DNA of 64,000 nt from an uncultured Candidatus Saccharibacteria bacterium. GTDB lineage: Bacteria > Patescibacteriota > Minisyncoccia > Phycocordibacterales > GCA-2401445. The DNA lies in NCBI GenBank assembly GCA_964436015.1, contig CAYTAR010000002.1, forward strand, positions 9,521-73,520, read 5' to 3'. The position numbers and the translations under genes are program-made. Below the pieces are notes generated by a model, which saw nothing but the letters and a program-made list of their open reading frames with translations, was not told the DNA's origin and made no database searches. Within the stretch, counting starts at the first letter, position 1. Each line of letters begins with the position of its first letter. Shown here piece after piece: positions 19,563 through 28,855 of the stretch.

Positions 19563-20111
19563 ATGGACGGATACCAAAGAAAAGTAACAAAAAAAACGGA
19601 ACTTGTCCATATCCACCCTCCACGGTATAGTGTCCACGTGAAAAAAGAAATCATCGTAATCCTACCTGACATCAGAAGTGTACATAATGTTGGTTCAATA
19701 TTTAGAACTGCGGATGGGGCAGGGGTTTCAAAAATTATTCTTTCAGGATACACTCCCACACCTTTTGATCGTTTTGGGAAAAAGCGAAAAGATTTTGCCA
19801 AGGTTGCTCTCGGTGCGGAAGATTTTGTGCCATGGGAGTATTCTCTTGATGTGGTAGGTTCCATTTCTACCCTTAAAGCAGAGGGTTTTACGATTGTTGC
19901 TATTGAACAGGATTCGCACAGTACGCCGTTTACAACATATACGTACCCTCAAAAAATTGCGTGTATTTTTGGTAATGAGGTAGGAGGAATTCAAAAAGAA
20001 ATTCTTGAACACGCGGATGTGGTGCTTGAGATTCCCCAGTACGGAGAAAAGGAGTCACTCAATGTTTCAGTAACAGCAGGAATTATTCTTTTCAACATTC
20101 AACAAAGATAG
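19563..20111 (+). CDS. SpoU/TrmH family RNA 2'-O-methyltransferase (the first ~25 aa may be an artefact of the upstream Met)
   Basis: SPOUT motifs GNEVGGI and ESLNVSVTAGIILF. Confidence 0.7.
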   Translation: MDGYQRKVTKKTELVHIHPPRYSVHVKKEIIVILPDIRSVHNVGSIFRTADGAGVSKIILSGYTPTPFDRFGKKRKDFAKVALGAEDFVPWEYSLDVVGSISTLKAEGFTIVAIEQDSHSTPFTTYTYPQKIACIFGNEVGGIQKEILEHADVVLEIPQYGEKESLNVSVTAGIILFNIQQR

Positions 20112-20114
20112 GTT

Positions 20115-21074
20115 CTAGTATTTTTTCTCAGCAATGAGTTTTCCTGATTGGTCGCGTATCTCTATGTGCTCATACTTTTGTTTGTAGAGGGGTTGTGTTC
20201 GGTTGAGATACAAATACCAAGTATTTTTAGTAAATCCAGGAAGGTTTTTGTTGATATTTACACACTCAGTGTAGTTAATTTCTTCCTTAACAAACTTTTG
20301 GCACTCCTGTGAGAGGATGGTTGGCACAGAGGTAAACACCGTACATCGAGGAAGTCGGTTGATGTACTCTCTACATGCATCATTAAAATGGTTCGGGGGC
20401 TCTGGTTGTGGAAAGTTTTTCGGATATGGACACTCTTTGGGAAGTGAAGGGGTAAAGTTTTGGTGTTGCTCAAAAAAACCAGTGCACAGGTTTGTGCGGA
20501 ATGACATGGTATTTGGAGATTTTCCTGTATTGATAACAATACTACTTCCTGGGCTTGCTAGCACTTGGTTGGTGGCGTTTATTTGTCCTAAGAAGGGTAG
20601 ATAGACCGCCTCTCCAACTGTAGCAGTAACTTTATTTACCGTGCTTTGTATCGTCCAGCCAGTTACAGGGATTGACGTTGTTGCTTTAGAGCTTACCGAG
20701 AGGATGATGTATTCCGAATTAGGGTCATCACGCGTTGATTTTCTGAGCGTCTTCCAGGTTACCAAGTCAGCGTAGGGGGAGCGGTCAAGGTTGGTTATGT
20801 ATTCCGCAACCTGCTTTTCAACCACTTTTACTTCTTTTGATACACTCGTTACTTCTTTACTGATGGCTTTTGTTTCTTCCGCTTTGATTTGTTCGGGAGT
20901 TTTAACCGGAGCAGTTTTAGGGGTGCGTTGCGGAGGGTTGAAGAGGCGAAAAGGGGTGCTTGATGCGTTGTTTCCACTTCCTCCACTAAAACCATTTACT
21001 ATCGCTCCAATAACCACAATACCGATAATGAGTCCGGTAAGTGGGAAAGCGGGAGGAGCTTTTTTATCTGCCAT
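20115..21074 (-). CDS. hypothetical membrane-anchored protein with a Cys-rich C-terminal domain
   Basis: N-terminal TM (LTGLIIGIVVIGAIV), a coiled segment, and six or more conserved Cys in the C-terminal half. Confidence 0.5.
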   Translation of the reverse strand: MADKKAPPAFPLTGLIIGIVVIGAIVNGFSGGSGNNASSTPFRLFNPPQRTPKTAPVKTPEQIKAEETKAISKEVTSVSKEVKVVEKQVAEYITNLDRSPYADLVTWKTLRKSTRDDPNSEYIILSVSSKATTSIPVTGWTIQSTVNKVTATVGEAVYLPFLGQINATNQVLASPGSSIVINTGKSPNTMSFRTNLCTGFFEQHQNFTPSLPKECPYPKNFPQPEPPNHFNDACREYINRLPRCTVFTSVPTILSQECQKFVKEEINYTECVNINKNLPGFTKNTWYLYLNRTQPLYKQKYEHIEIRDQSGKLIAEKKY

Positions 21075-21092
21075 AGGTATGTATATTCTCTG

Positions 21093-22370
21093 CTAGTTTT
21101 TCGGTACTGTCAAAAGCTTGGAGAGCTCTTCTCGGGATACCTCTGCATCACTCCACGGCTCTTTGGTGCCGTTGCTTCGCATTATGTAGGGGTCAGTTCC
21201 TTTCCCAGTGATAAGCACCACATCATGGTGTCCTGCAAGAGAAAGTGCCCGAGCAATAGCGACTCTACGATCAAGTATTTTCTCTGGTGTGTGTTTAGTA
21301 ACTCCTCGCGCTACATCATCAATAATATTTTGAGGACTGTCATCATACGGGTCTTCATCGGTAACAATAATATGGTCGCAGTAGGTATCAGCTAATGCCC
21401 CCATTTTTTCTCGCCGAGAGGTGTCGCGACCTCCACCCGCTGACCCAAGTACGCAAATTTTTCTTTTTTTAGAAAATGTTTTATATACCGCTTCAAGAGA
21501 TTCCGGTGTGTGTGCGTAGTCAACGTACACCTCAAATGATTGTCCGCATTCAATTTTCTGCAACCGTCCGTCAATCGTAGAGACGCGAGCGACTCCTTCT
21601 GCGATACTCTGTGCTTGAATATTTCGCACACGTGCCCAAGTAACCGCGCCTAGGATATTTTCAAGGTTGAACTCTCCACGAAGTGATGAGTGAATCGGTA
21701 CTCCTTTATACATACATTCAATACCGGAGTCACTGATTAACATATGCTCGGCATCCTTTTTTGAGTAAGAAACTGTTTTATCAATAGCGAGTGCGGTAAA
21801 GTGGTGTGATTCTGGACTGTCTCCATTTACCACGAGTAGTTTATCTTTTTTTCTACTCCGTTTGAGCTCGCGAGCAATAGATAGTTTTGCGGATCGGTAC
21901 TTTTCAAAAGATCCGTGTGATTCAATGTGCTCTGGAGTTAAGTTGGTAAAGATAAGACTATCAAGCGAGAGGTATTTGTGACGAAATTGTTTTGCTCCTT
22001 CTGAGGTCATTTCAAGTACCACCCATGTACACCCTGCGCGTACCGCTTTTCGAATAAAATGTTGTACAAAAAACCTTCCCGGTACGCTCATTTTATAGAG
22101 GTTGGGCGTACTCACGTCTCCTATTTTGAAGCGAATAGTGTTGAGGAGTGCAGTTTTTTCGCCCGACGCTTCAAGGATGGAAGAGACAAGCTCAACGACC
22201 GAGCTTTTGCCTTTGGTTCCCGTAACCGCAACAATACGGATGTGTCGTGCTGGGAAGCGGTATACGCACGCAGAGAGGGTAGCGAGGAGGCAGTGGTACG
22301 CTGGCTGAAAAAACGCAAACACTGGTTTCGGGATTACTTTTTTTATGGTGCGAAAAAAGGATTCAATCAT
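21093..22370 (-). CDS. Mur ligase family protein (UDP-N-acetylmuramoyl-peptide ligase-like; exact step undetermined)
   Basis: P-loop VAVTGTKGKSS about 50 aa from the N-terminus. C-terminal Mur ligase domain: VVLITGKGTDPYIMRSNGTKEPWSDAE. Confidence 0.65.
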   Translation of the reverse strand: MIESFFRTIKKVIPKPVFAFFQPAYHCLLATLSACVYRFPARHIRIVAVTGTKGKSSVVELVSSILEASGEKTALLNTIRFKIGDVSTPNLYKMSVPGRFFVQHFIRKAVRAGCTWVVLEMTSEGAKQFRHKYLSLDSLIFTNLTPEHIESHGSFEKYRSAKLSIARELKRSRKKDKLLVVNGDSPESHHFTALAIDKTVSYSKKDAEHMLISDSGIECMYKGVPIHSSLRGEFNLENILGAVTWARVRNIQAQSIAEGVARVSTIDGRLQKIECGQSFEVYVDYAHTPESLEAVYKTFSKKRKICVLGSAGGGRDTSRREKMGALADTYCDHIIVTDEDPYDDSPQNIIDDVARGVTKHTPEKILDRRVAIARALSLAGHHDVVLITGKGTDPYIMRSNGTKEPWSDAEVSREELSKLLTVPKN

Positions 22371-22933
22371 TTTCCAAGGTGTTTTAATGCACGCGTTACT
22401 CGTTCGCTACTACTTACTCCTTCTTGAGCGGTATTTTTGAGTGCGTCTCTTGCTTCATTTCGGGAAAAGCCGAGTGCGAGGAGTGCTTCCAGAGCGTCAA
22501 TCTCTTCGTTTGAAGATTGTGCGTTGTGTGACATGTGTTCAAATGAATCTTTAAGTTCCAGTACAATTTTCTCCGCATTCTTTTTTCCGATACCTGATAT
22601 TTTAGTGAGATAGCTTGTGTCTCCAGTACTGATTGCGGTGTGAAGTGTCTCTATTCCTGCGATGTTGAGTATTGAGAGCGCCGTTTTTGGTCCGACTCCT
22701 GAAACGGAGATAAGTAGTTCAAAAAAATCTTTTTCTCGTAGCGAAAGAAATCCATAGAGATCAAGCACCGCTTCTCGTACAACCAGGTGGGTCCAGAATG
22801 TGCGTGTTTCTCCGACTGAGACTTGTGAGATTGTCTCACCGGTGGCAAATATACGGTAGCCAACCCCGGAAACCGAGAGGATAATAGTTTTTTCTTCAGT
22901 GTGGGCAATAGTGCCAGTAAGTTGTCCTATCAT
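22367..22933 (-). CDS. ruvA: Holliday junction DNA helicase RuvA (start trimmed to MIGQLTGTI)
   Basis: OB-fold N-terminus GVGYRIFA, HhH motifs SVSGVGPKTALSIL, and a C-terminal RuvB-interacting domain. Confidence 0.85.
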   Translation of the reverse strand: MIGQLTGTIAHTEEKTIILSVSGVGYRIFATGETISQVSVGETRTFWTHLVVREAVLDLYGFLSLREKDFFELLISVSGVGPKTALSILNIAGIETLHTAISTGDTSYLTKISGIGKKNAEKIVLELKDSFEHMSHNAQSSNEEIDALEALLALGFSRNEARDALKNTAQEGVSSSERVTRALKHLGK

Positions 22934-23049
22934 TCCTCTATGATACTCTGTTGTGGCAGGTAACCACAATAGCGGATGTGCGCTATTGTCAGGTATTGCG
23001 CGATTTCACATCTTCTGGTAGAGTGTCAAGACTTAAAAAGAGATATAGT

Positions 23050-23322
23050 ATGCCAATTACATCATCAGCAAAGAAAGCACTCAGGAATTCAGCGCGAAAG
23101 CGTGTATTTAATGCGCGTCGGAGCAATGCAATGAAGTCCGCAGTTAAGCAGTTTGTAAAGCTTGTACAGGATAAGAAGGTTAAAGAGGCAAAAGAGTTAC
23201 TCTCAACGGTCTATAAAGCGATCGATAAAGCAACTAAGGGTAACACTATTAAGAAAAATACCGCTTCTCGCAAAAAATCTCGCTTGTCCGCATTTGTTAA
23301 AAAAGCAGAACTCGCAAAATAA
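23050..23322 (+). CDS. rpsT: 30S ribosomal protein S20 (start at MPITSSAKKALRNS)
   Basis: SAKKALRNSARKRVFNARRSNAMKSAVK is the S20 signature; a terminator follows. Confidence 0.85.
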   Translation: MPITSSAKKALRNSARKRVFNARRSNAMKSAVKQFVKLVQDKKVKEAKELLSTVYKAIDKATKGNTIKKNTASRKKSRLSAFVKKAELAK

Positions 23323-23326
23323 ACAA

Positions 23327-23355
23327 AAGACCGCCATGAGCGGTTTTTTGTTTTT
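23327..23355 (+). terminator. rpsT terminator
   Basis: AAAGACCGCcatgaGCGGTTTTTTGTTTTT. Confidence 0.8.
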
Positions 23356-23431
23356 GTAGAGTCTGTCTTTGTGTCACGTATTGCAACAAAAGGTTTGAAT
23401 TGCTAACCTTAGCTTTAGAGTAAGGCTTGAT

Positions 23432-23689
23432 ATGAAAATACTATTATTTTTGCTCAATCTGCCGATTCGCTTTTGCTATCGGCTTGATCGATGGTTTTGT
23501 TGTTCGTTGCCCAGACCTCTTCGTTTTTGGTGGGCAAAACAGTGGGTTAGAAAGGATGAGTTTCACCCTTCTCTTAATCTTGATGCGGATTATGCGAGTC
23601 GTCTTTCTCAGGAGGAGCGTGATGCATATTTTGAGAATGTGATGAAGCGCAGAGCAATTGCCCACGAGCGCGATATCGCAACAAGTTGA
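23432..23689 (+). CDS. hypothetical small protein
   Basis: 85-aa ORF followed by a hairpin terminator on the same strand. No homology recognised. Confidence 0.35.
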   Translation: MKILLFLLNLPIRFCYRLDRWFCCSLPRPLRFWWAKQWVRKDEFHPSLNLDADYASRLSQEERDAYFENVMKRRAIAHERDIATS

Positions 23690-23778
23690 ATCCAAACCAC
23701 CACGTCTTTGACCTCTGGTGGTTTTATTTACTCGGGAGTGGTACAGTACAAAAGGAAATAAAAACGAAAGGATAATGT

Positions 23779-24015
23779 ATGTATCTTGTGTATAGTACCT
23801 GTACTAACTGCGGGAATACATTCGGTCATTCTGATGAAGGCGAAACGCTAGTTTGTCCCGAATGCCAAAAGGAGATGGATGAGGAAAAGAAGAGAAAATA
23901 TCTTGATGTTTGTGCCATGCTCCCAACAGAAGAGCGGTTACGCAGAATTGAGGATTGGATGTATGAGCACAAAAAAGCACCTCATGACTTCAGTGGTCCG
24001 CCACGTATTGGATAG
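23779..24015 (+). CDS. small zinc-ribbon protein
   Basis: CTNCGN...CPECQKE (CxxC-x16-CxxC); followed by a terminator. Confidence 0.5.
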   Translation: MYLVYSTCTNCGNTFGHSDEGETLVCPECQKEMDEEKKRKYLDVCAMLPTEERLRRIEDWMYEHKKAPHDFSGPPRIG

Positions 24016-24024
24016 TGAGAGGCA

Positions 24025-24052
24025 AAAAGCACCCACAGGGGTGCTTTTTAAT
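24025..24052 (+). terminator. intrinsic terminator
   Basis: AAAAGCACCCacagGGGTGCTTTTTAATTTT. Confidence 0.8.
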
Positions 24053-24142
24053 TTTGGAAAGAGTTTGGGGGAGGAAGGAGGTATTTGGAAAACGTACATT
24101 GTTCTCAGTAGAATCGGTCACGAGTTACTAAGGATTATTTCG

Positions 24143-24239
24143 GTAGGAATCTCTCCTTACAGGAGCAGTATCCCAATTGGATTTTTTGTTCGCAGAATAC
24201 TACTCCAAAAAATACTCAATCGGGCTTCGATTCCTACAC
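24143..24239 (-). repeat. 97-nt tRNA-associated element (mini variant) downstream of tRNA-Arg(GCG)
   Basis: Homologous to 19349-19445. Separated from the tRNA by a long hairpin GAGCACAAAAAGAAG..CTTCTTTTTGTGCTC. Confidence 0.7.
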
Positions 24240-24302
24240 GAAAGCGTCCCCACGCTTTCTCTCGAGCACAAAAAGAAGAACCCTTTCGGGTCCTTCTTTT
24301 TG

Positions 24303-24374
24303 TGCTCTCGGTAGGAATCGAACCTACATTGCAAGCTCCGCAAGCTTGCGTCCTATCCATTGAACGACGAGAGC
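24303..24374 (-). tRNA. tRNA-Arg (anticodon reads GCG)
   Basis: Acceptor GCTCTCG/CGAGAGC, D-arm GTTCAATGGATAGGAC, anticodon stem-loop CAAGC-TTGCGGA-GCTTG, T-arm GTAGGTTCGATTCCTAC. Confidence 0.75.
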
Positions 24375-24415
24375 ATATCAATTGGCTTTAGCAAAAACAG
24401 ACTACCACAAAGGCG

Positions 24416-24877
24416 TTAAAATCCAAAATACTCTAAAATTTTTTGTGGGAGAGGTTCGCGGAGTTGCCGTTTAGTGAGACGGGATGAAAGAAGTGATTCC
24501 ACCACATCTTCTCCCACCTCTTGTATTGGAATTGAGAGCAGGGGCATGAACATACTCTGTGATTGGAGGAGGAGTGTTGGGGTAACACTCTCATCAGAAA
24601 TGAAGTATGCATCTAGTGTGTCAAAAGGAAATAGTTGTGTTCCGATTCTGATTCCCGTATTGTTTATTTCAAATTCCACGAGTTTTGCAGGCTTGCTTGC
24701 CATAAGCATCAAACTAAATGCACTGATTGCAACCAGAAGTGCCAGCATGATGTTATTAAAAAGAAGTGGAACTATTACCAGCGCGACAGAAATGATACCC
24801 ACCGCCCAGTACCAATCGGCTGTTTTTTTTACATGGATGTACTCATAATCTTTCCAGATGAGAGGGTCTGTAATCAT
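24416..24877 (-). CDS. hypothetical membrane protein
   Basis: 153 aa with two TM helices near the N-terminus. Confidence 0.45.
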   Translation of the reverse strand: MITDPLIWKDYEYIHVKKTADWYWAVGIISVALVIVPLLFNNIMLALLVAISAFSLMLMASKPAKLVEFEINNTGIRIGTQLFPFDTLDAYFISDESVTPTLLLQSQSMFMPLLSIPIQEVGEDVVESLLSSRLTKRQLREPLPQKILEYFGF

Positions 24878-24917
24878 TGCAATATTGTATCATGACTTTT
24901 ATATGTGGGGATGAAAC

Positions 24918-25340
24918 TTGCGCAGAGTGTGTGTGTTCGGTATAGTGCCAAAAGGAGACTGTATTATGTTTGAAAAATTGTTCCTCACGCTCATTTTGAC
25001 TGGCATTATTTACATTGCCGTCAATTTACCACGGTACATCAGGAGGGAACTCAGGCGCCACAATGATTCCGTTGCGTATTGGTGGAAGGCACAGAAGCGG
25101 GTGATGGATGAGGAGCAAGAAATTCTTATTGAGACCTCAAAAGTCCTCGGCCGTTTGTTTGACTGGCTTGATCAGCATCCGTTTGAAAGCATTTCACATC
25201 CCGAGGCGCAGGAGTTGCTTCTTGAGTACATTGGACTCCGTATGATTTACTATGGCACGTACGGAAAGCCGAACCATCGTATATCAGACGTAGAGTCATG
25301 GTTGCCACATATTGAAGATTGGCGTTTCAATGGCCGGTAA
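24918..25340 (+). CDS. hypothetical membrane-anchored protein (likely start at MFEKLFL, nt 24966)
   Basis: TM, then a soluble domain; a hairpin terminator overlaps the stop. Confidence 0.45.
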   Translation: MRRVCVFGIVPKGDCIMFEKLFLTLILTGIIYIAVNLPRYIRRELRRHNDSVAYWWKAQKRVMDEEQEILIETSKVLGRLFDWLDQHPFESISHPEAQELLLEYIGLRMIYYGTYGKPNHRISDVESWLPHIEDWRFNGR

Positions 25341-25371
25341 GTAATTACCGGCTTTTTTTATTTGTTACTTA

Positions 25372-26079
25372 CTACCCGAGAGGTACTTCAATTGCTAGTA
25401 GGAAACTTGGTTTGGTGAGAGAAATAGCACATGAGTCGGTAGTGCTAATTGCGAGTGCATCTCTGTCGGTTAACACTTCTTTTTCTATACACACTACTCC
25501 ATGGATTACAAAAAGAAATACTCCATTTTTGGAATTGTGAAGAGTGTATTCAGTTGTTGGTGTTTCAAATTCACCCCATGAAATATAGGAGTCTTGTGCG
25601 CTTACGAGGTCACTCTTCGGGTTGTATTTTGGGGACACAATACATTCCCACATATTTTTTCTGCTCAACGGCGAAAATTTTTTCTGTGCGTATTGGGGAG
25701 CAATATTATTTTCTTTGGGAGTAATCCAGAGTTGGAGTAGAGAGAGCGGGTTTTTCCCGAGGTTCTTTTCTGAATGAAGCACTCCGCTTCCCGCACTCAT
25801 TACCTGCACTTCATTTTTACCAAGCGTTTCCTCGTGTCCGAGTGAGTCTTTGTGGGTGAGTATTCCTGAAAGCGGAATGGTAATAATTTCCATGTTTCGG
25901 TGGGGATGCTCATCAAAACCGTATCCAGGGGAGATGATGTCGTCGTTAAGTACTCGAAGCACCCCAAAACCCATTCGGTCTGGGTTGTGGTAGTTCGCGA
26001 AACTGAATGAGTGGTGTGCGTTGAGCCAGTCATGGTCCGCCGACCCACGATCCTGTGCTTTGTGAAGTATGGTATCCAT
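25372..26079 (-). CDS. pirin family cupin protein
   Basis: HPHRNMEIITIPLSG plus metal-binding His residues. Confidence 0.8.
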   Translation of the reverse strand: MDTILHKAQDRGSADHDWLNAHHSFSFANYHNPDRMGFGVLRVLNDDIISPGYGFDEHPHRNMEIITIPLSGILTHKDSLGHEETLGKNEVQVMSAGSGVLHSEKNLGKNPLSLLQLWITPKENNIAPQYAQKKFSPLSRKNMWECIVSPKYNPKSDLVSAQDSYISWGEFETPTTEYTLHNSKNGVFLFVIHGVVCIEKEVLTDRDALAISTTDSCAISLTKPSFLLAIEVPLG

Positions 26080-26157
26080 GAGGGTAGTATAGCATATATG
26101 GTATGTACTATACTATATACTACAAGGATTTTTGGAGAGTAATGCTATACTATTCAA

Positions 26158-26880
26158 ATGATTAGTTTATCATCTGGAAAGAGTACAATTATTACAATAA
26201 TAAAGAATGCTGCTCTGGTCTACATGTTGTTGATGGTGCATGCGCTCGGGGTAGAACTTTATACATGGCTTAATCAAACTATTTCGTCATGGGTGGCGTA
26301 TGTGCTTGTTGTGGGATATGCGCTCATGATTATTTTTGGCATAGTACTGGTTACTATAAATAAAAAATCTTCCCGAGTAAGGGAGTTTGCTGAGATTACA
26401 AAAGAACAAAACGGAACGCTGGGCAGTTTTAAAAACACTAATGAGTATTATAGTTACGGAAAAGCGAAATTAGGAATAATATTTCTTATTGCGCTATTTC
26501 ATTTTGTTACTAATCCGCTCTTATTCTTCTTCGCGATTCCTATTGCAGTTGTTATGCAACTCTTTCTTTTTCTTATTGTAGATGGATTTGTTATCAGGTA
26601 TCGGCTTTTATTCAAGGACTCTTTCTTGTTGTTGTGTCACGCGTCTTTCCTTACTTTGTTACTGTCTTTACTTTTAATTACTGTGACATATGGCATATCA
26701 TCCCCTTCAGTACTATATTTTCTTTTCCCAATAGTGTTTATTGCTTCTTATGTTCTGGGATTTCAGTATTTAGTATGGTTTCGTGTAAAAAGAGGCATGG
26801 CGGTTTCTGTTGCTGGAACCAAGTTGTATGTGATTCTTGAATACATATTGTTTGCAGTGTTTTTTTTACTCAAAATATGA
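26158..26880 (+). CDS. hypothetical polytopic membrane protein
   Basis: 240 aa with at least six predicted TM helices. Confidence 0.5.
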   Translation: MISLSSGKSTIITIIKNAALVYMLLMVHALGVELYTWLNQTISSWVAYVLVVGYALMIIFGIVLVTINKKSSRVREFAEITKEQNGTLGSFKNTNEYYSYGKAKLGIIFLIALFHFVTNPLLFFFAIPIAVVMQLFLFLIVDGFVIRYRLLFKDSFLLLCHASFLTLLLSLLLITVTYGISSPSVLYFLFPIVFIASYVLGFQYLVWFRVKRGMAVSVAGTKLYVILEYILFAVFFLLKI

Positions 26881-26946
26881 AAAAACTAACCTGTAAAGAG
26901 TTTGGAGATCCGCATCATCTTGGGAGAATGGTTTGATTTTTTTATT

Positions 26947-26980
26947 AAAACCGCCTCTTGCTTTCGCAAGAGGCGGTTTT
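26947..26980. terminator. bidirectional terminator between convergent genes
   Basis: AAAACCGCCTCTTGCtttcGCAAGAGGCGGTTTT. Confidence 0.8.
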
Positions 26981-26990
26981 AATACGCAAT

Positions 26991-28175
26991 TTATTGCATA
27001 CCTTTTAAAGCACAATCAAGACCAAGAATAATATCTTTAGGATCTTCAAATCCGACTGACAGGCGAAAAAAACCATCAGTTATTCCCAACGATTCCCGAA
27101 TATCTTTTGGAATACTCCTATGACTCATGAGCGGGGGATAGGCAATTATTGTTTCCGGACTCGCCAAGCTCTCACCGTATACAATGGGGCTGTTTTTTCG
27201 CAATAAGTCAACGAATTTTTTAAGTACACGGTTGTTTTTATTTTTAAGGATGAATGACACAACACCACCATACCCTCCTTTGCTTTGCCTTTGTGCCACA
27301 GCGTGATTTGGATGAAAAGAGAGTCCGGGATAGAGTACTTTTTCTATGTGATTATTTCTTTCTAAAAATGTTGCCACAGTGAGCGCTGTTTCACTTACTC
27401 GCTTCCAGCGTAATTCAAGCGTTTTTACTTCTTGGAGGACACGGTAGCATTCATCAGGTGAGAGGATTGCACCCAGTGTGCGGTGTAAAAAAACGAGTTG
27501 TGCATGAAGCTTTTTATTCCGAGTAATAATCGCTCCTCCAATAATATCGTTGTGACCGGCAATATATTTACTTAAGCTATGAATTACAGTTTCTGCTCCG
27601 AATTCAAACGATTGTAGTGCGCACGGTGGAGAAAATGTTGCATCAACCACGAATGGAATTCCCGTTTCTTTAGATACTTTTGCAACAAGCGATAGGTCAA
27701 TGACATGCAGTGATGGGTTTGTTGGGGTTTCCACAAAAAAATATTTTGTAGAAGGCGTAATGCTGTTATGGATAGATTCTTCAGTGCTGAAATCAACACA
27801 ATCAAAGGTTATCCTGAAGCGCGAAAAGTACTGATCGAGTAAGCGAAATGTTCCGCCATATACTTCTTGGCAACAGAGTACGTGGTCACCTGGTGCGAGT
27901 GTAGAAAAAAAGGCTGTTTCGGCTGCGAGTCCTGATGAGTAGACGGTTGCATTACCTCCTCCTTCCAATTGAACCAGTTTTTCTTCAAGTTTTTGTCGTG
28001 TTGGATTTTTCCCACGAGAATACTGGAATTCACTTTCAATACCAAACTCCTTTTGCGCAAATGTTTTTGTTCGCACCAGTATAGGCGCAACCGCACCAGT
28101 TTCTTTGTCAGGCTTCTCTCCGCTGTGGACTAGTTTTGTTGAAAAGGACCACTCTTTTTTGTATCTATTCTTCAT
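26991..28175 (-). CDS. Cys/Met-metabolism PLP-dependent enzyme (MetB/MetC/MetY family)
   Basis: PLP-lysine motif SLSKYIAGHNDIIGGA. It is preceded by a SAM-I riboswitch, which suggests a methionine-biosynthesis role. Confidence 0.8.
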   Translation of the reverse strand: MKNRYKKEWSFSTKLVHSGEKPDKETGAVAPILVRTKTFAQKEFGIESEFQYSRGKNPTRQKLEEKLVQLEGGGNATVYSSGLAAETAFFSTLAPGDHVLCCQEVYGGTFRLLDQYFSRFRITFDCVDFSTEESIHNSITPSTKYFFVETPTNPSLHVIDLSLVAKVSKETGIPFVVDATFSPPCALQSFEFGAETVIHSLSKYIAGHNDIIGGAIITRNKKLHAQLVFLHRTLGAILSPDECYRVLQEVKTLELRWKRVSETALTVATFLERNNHIEKVLYPGLSFHPNHAVAQRQSKGGYGGVVSFILKNKNNRVLKKFVDLLRKNSPIVYGESLASPETIIAYPPLMSHRSIPKDIRESLGITDGFFRLSVGFEDPKDIILGLDCALKGMQ

Positions 28176-28211
28176 AATTATCTTTTGTTTTTATGACTTA
28201 TAAAAACAAAA

Positions 28212-28352
28212 AGCTCTTCCGTAAAGAAGAGATTTTAAATCATATAGATATATTATCTTTCCCTTACGGGCTAGATTGAGCACTTACTTCTTACGAAGAG
28301 TTGCTGGCGGTTCATAGAGCTAGTTCTCTCCCCGCACTCTGGATAACTATTT
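28212..28352 (-). promoter_or_regulatory. SAM-I (S-box) riboswitch with terminator expression platform in the 5' leader of the Cys/Met PLP enzyme
   Basis: Minus strand reads TTATCCAGAGTGCGGGGAGAGAACTAGCTCTATGAACCGCCAGCAAC...GTGCTCAATCTAGC...AAAGATAA. Compare the S-box consensus TTATCAAGAGAGGTGGAGGGACTGGCCCGATGAAACCCGGCAACC...GGTGCCAATTCC...AAAGATGAG. Then CTCTTCtttacgGAAGAG + U-run. Confidence 0.7.
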
Positions 28353-28399
28353 TATTGTACAAAAAGTATACCAGTTTTTTATAAAAAGAAAAGAATCAC

Positions 28400-28825
28400 T
28401 TACCCCTTGTAAGTTTTTTTCATACTCGTGACAGATTTTTTGATGAGTAGTTTGAGTGTTGGTAGGTGTACGTCACTGAGTTTTTTTATGTATAAACAGG
28501 AACCACCACTTATTTTATGTTTTCCTATTTTCTTAAGTAGCTCCGTGTATTCGTTGAATCCAGGCATGATGTAGATAGTGATCCCTGATGCACGAGGAGA
28601 GAATCCAGTAAGTGGCCAATTACCCTCCTGTGCAGAGCGTTCTGATTTGTAATGGTAACTCCCAAAACCAATCATACTTGTACCCCACAGTATCGGTTTA
28701 AAACTAGTTATTTCGGTAAAGATGTGTAGGAGTACCAAGGAATCCTCTCGTTTTTGCTTTTCCGTAACAGTTTTGAGAAAGGTTGTTACAGAATGTTTTG
28801 TTGGTTTTGTTTTTATTTCAGCCAT
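28400..28825 (-). CDS. DUF1801 (YdhG/YjbR-like) domain protein
   Basis: LWGTSMIGFGSYHYKSERSAQEGNWPLTGFSPR...GGSCLYIKKLSDV matches the DUF1801 pattern. Confidence 0.7.
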   Translation of the reverse strand: MAEIKTKPTKHSVTTFLKTVTEKQKREDSLVLLHIFTEITSFKPILWGTSMIGFGSYHYKSERSAQEGNWPLTGFSPRASGITIYIMPGFNEYTELLKKIGKHKISGGSCLYIKKLSDVHLPTLKLLIKKSVTSMKKTYKG

Positions 28826-28855
28826 GGATTAAGTATATTGCACACAGTATGTTTT

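Noticed and set aside
19493-19864. ORFs overlapping tRNAs (19493-19864, 24157-24381, 30621-30830, 30766-30948, 34792-35491 family)
   Set aside because: They overlap confidently folded tRNA genes or the repeat arrays, and are antisense to, or read through, better-supported features.
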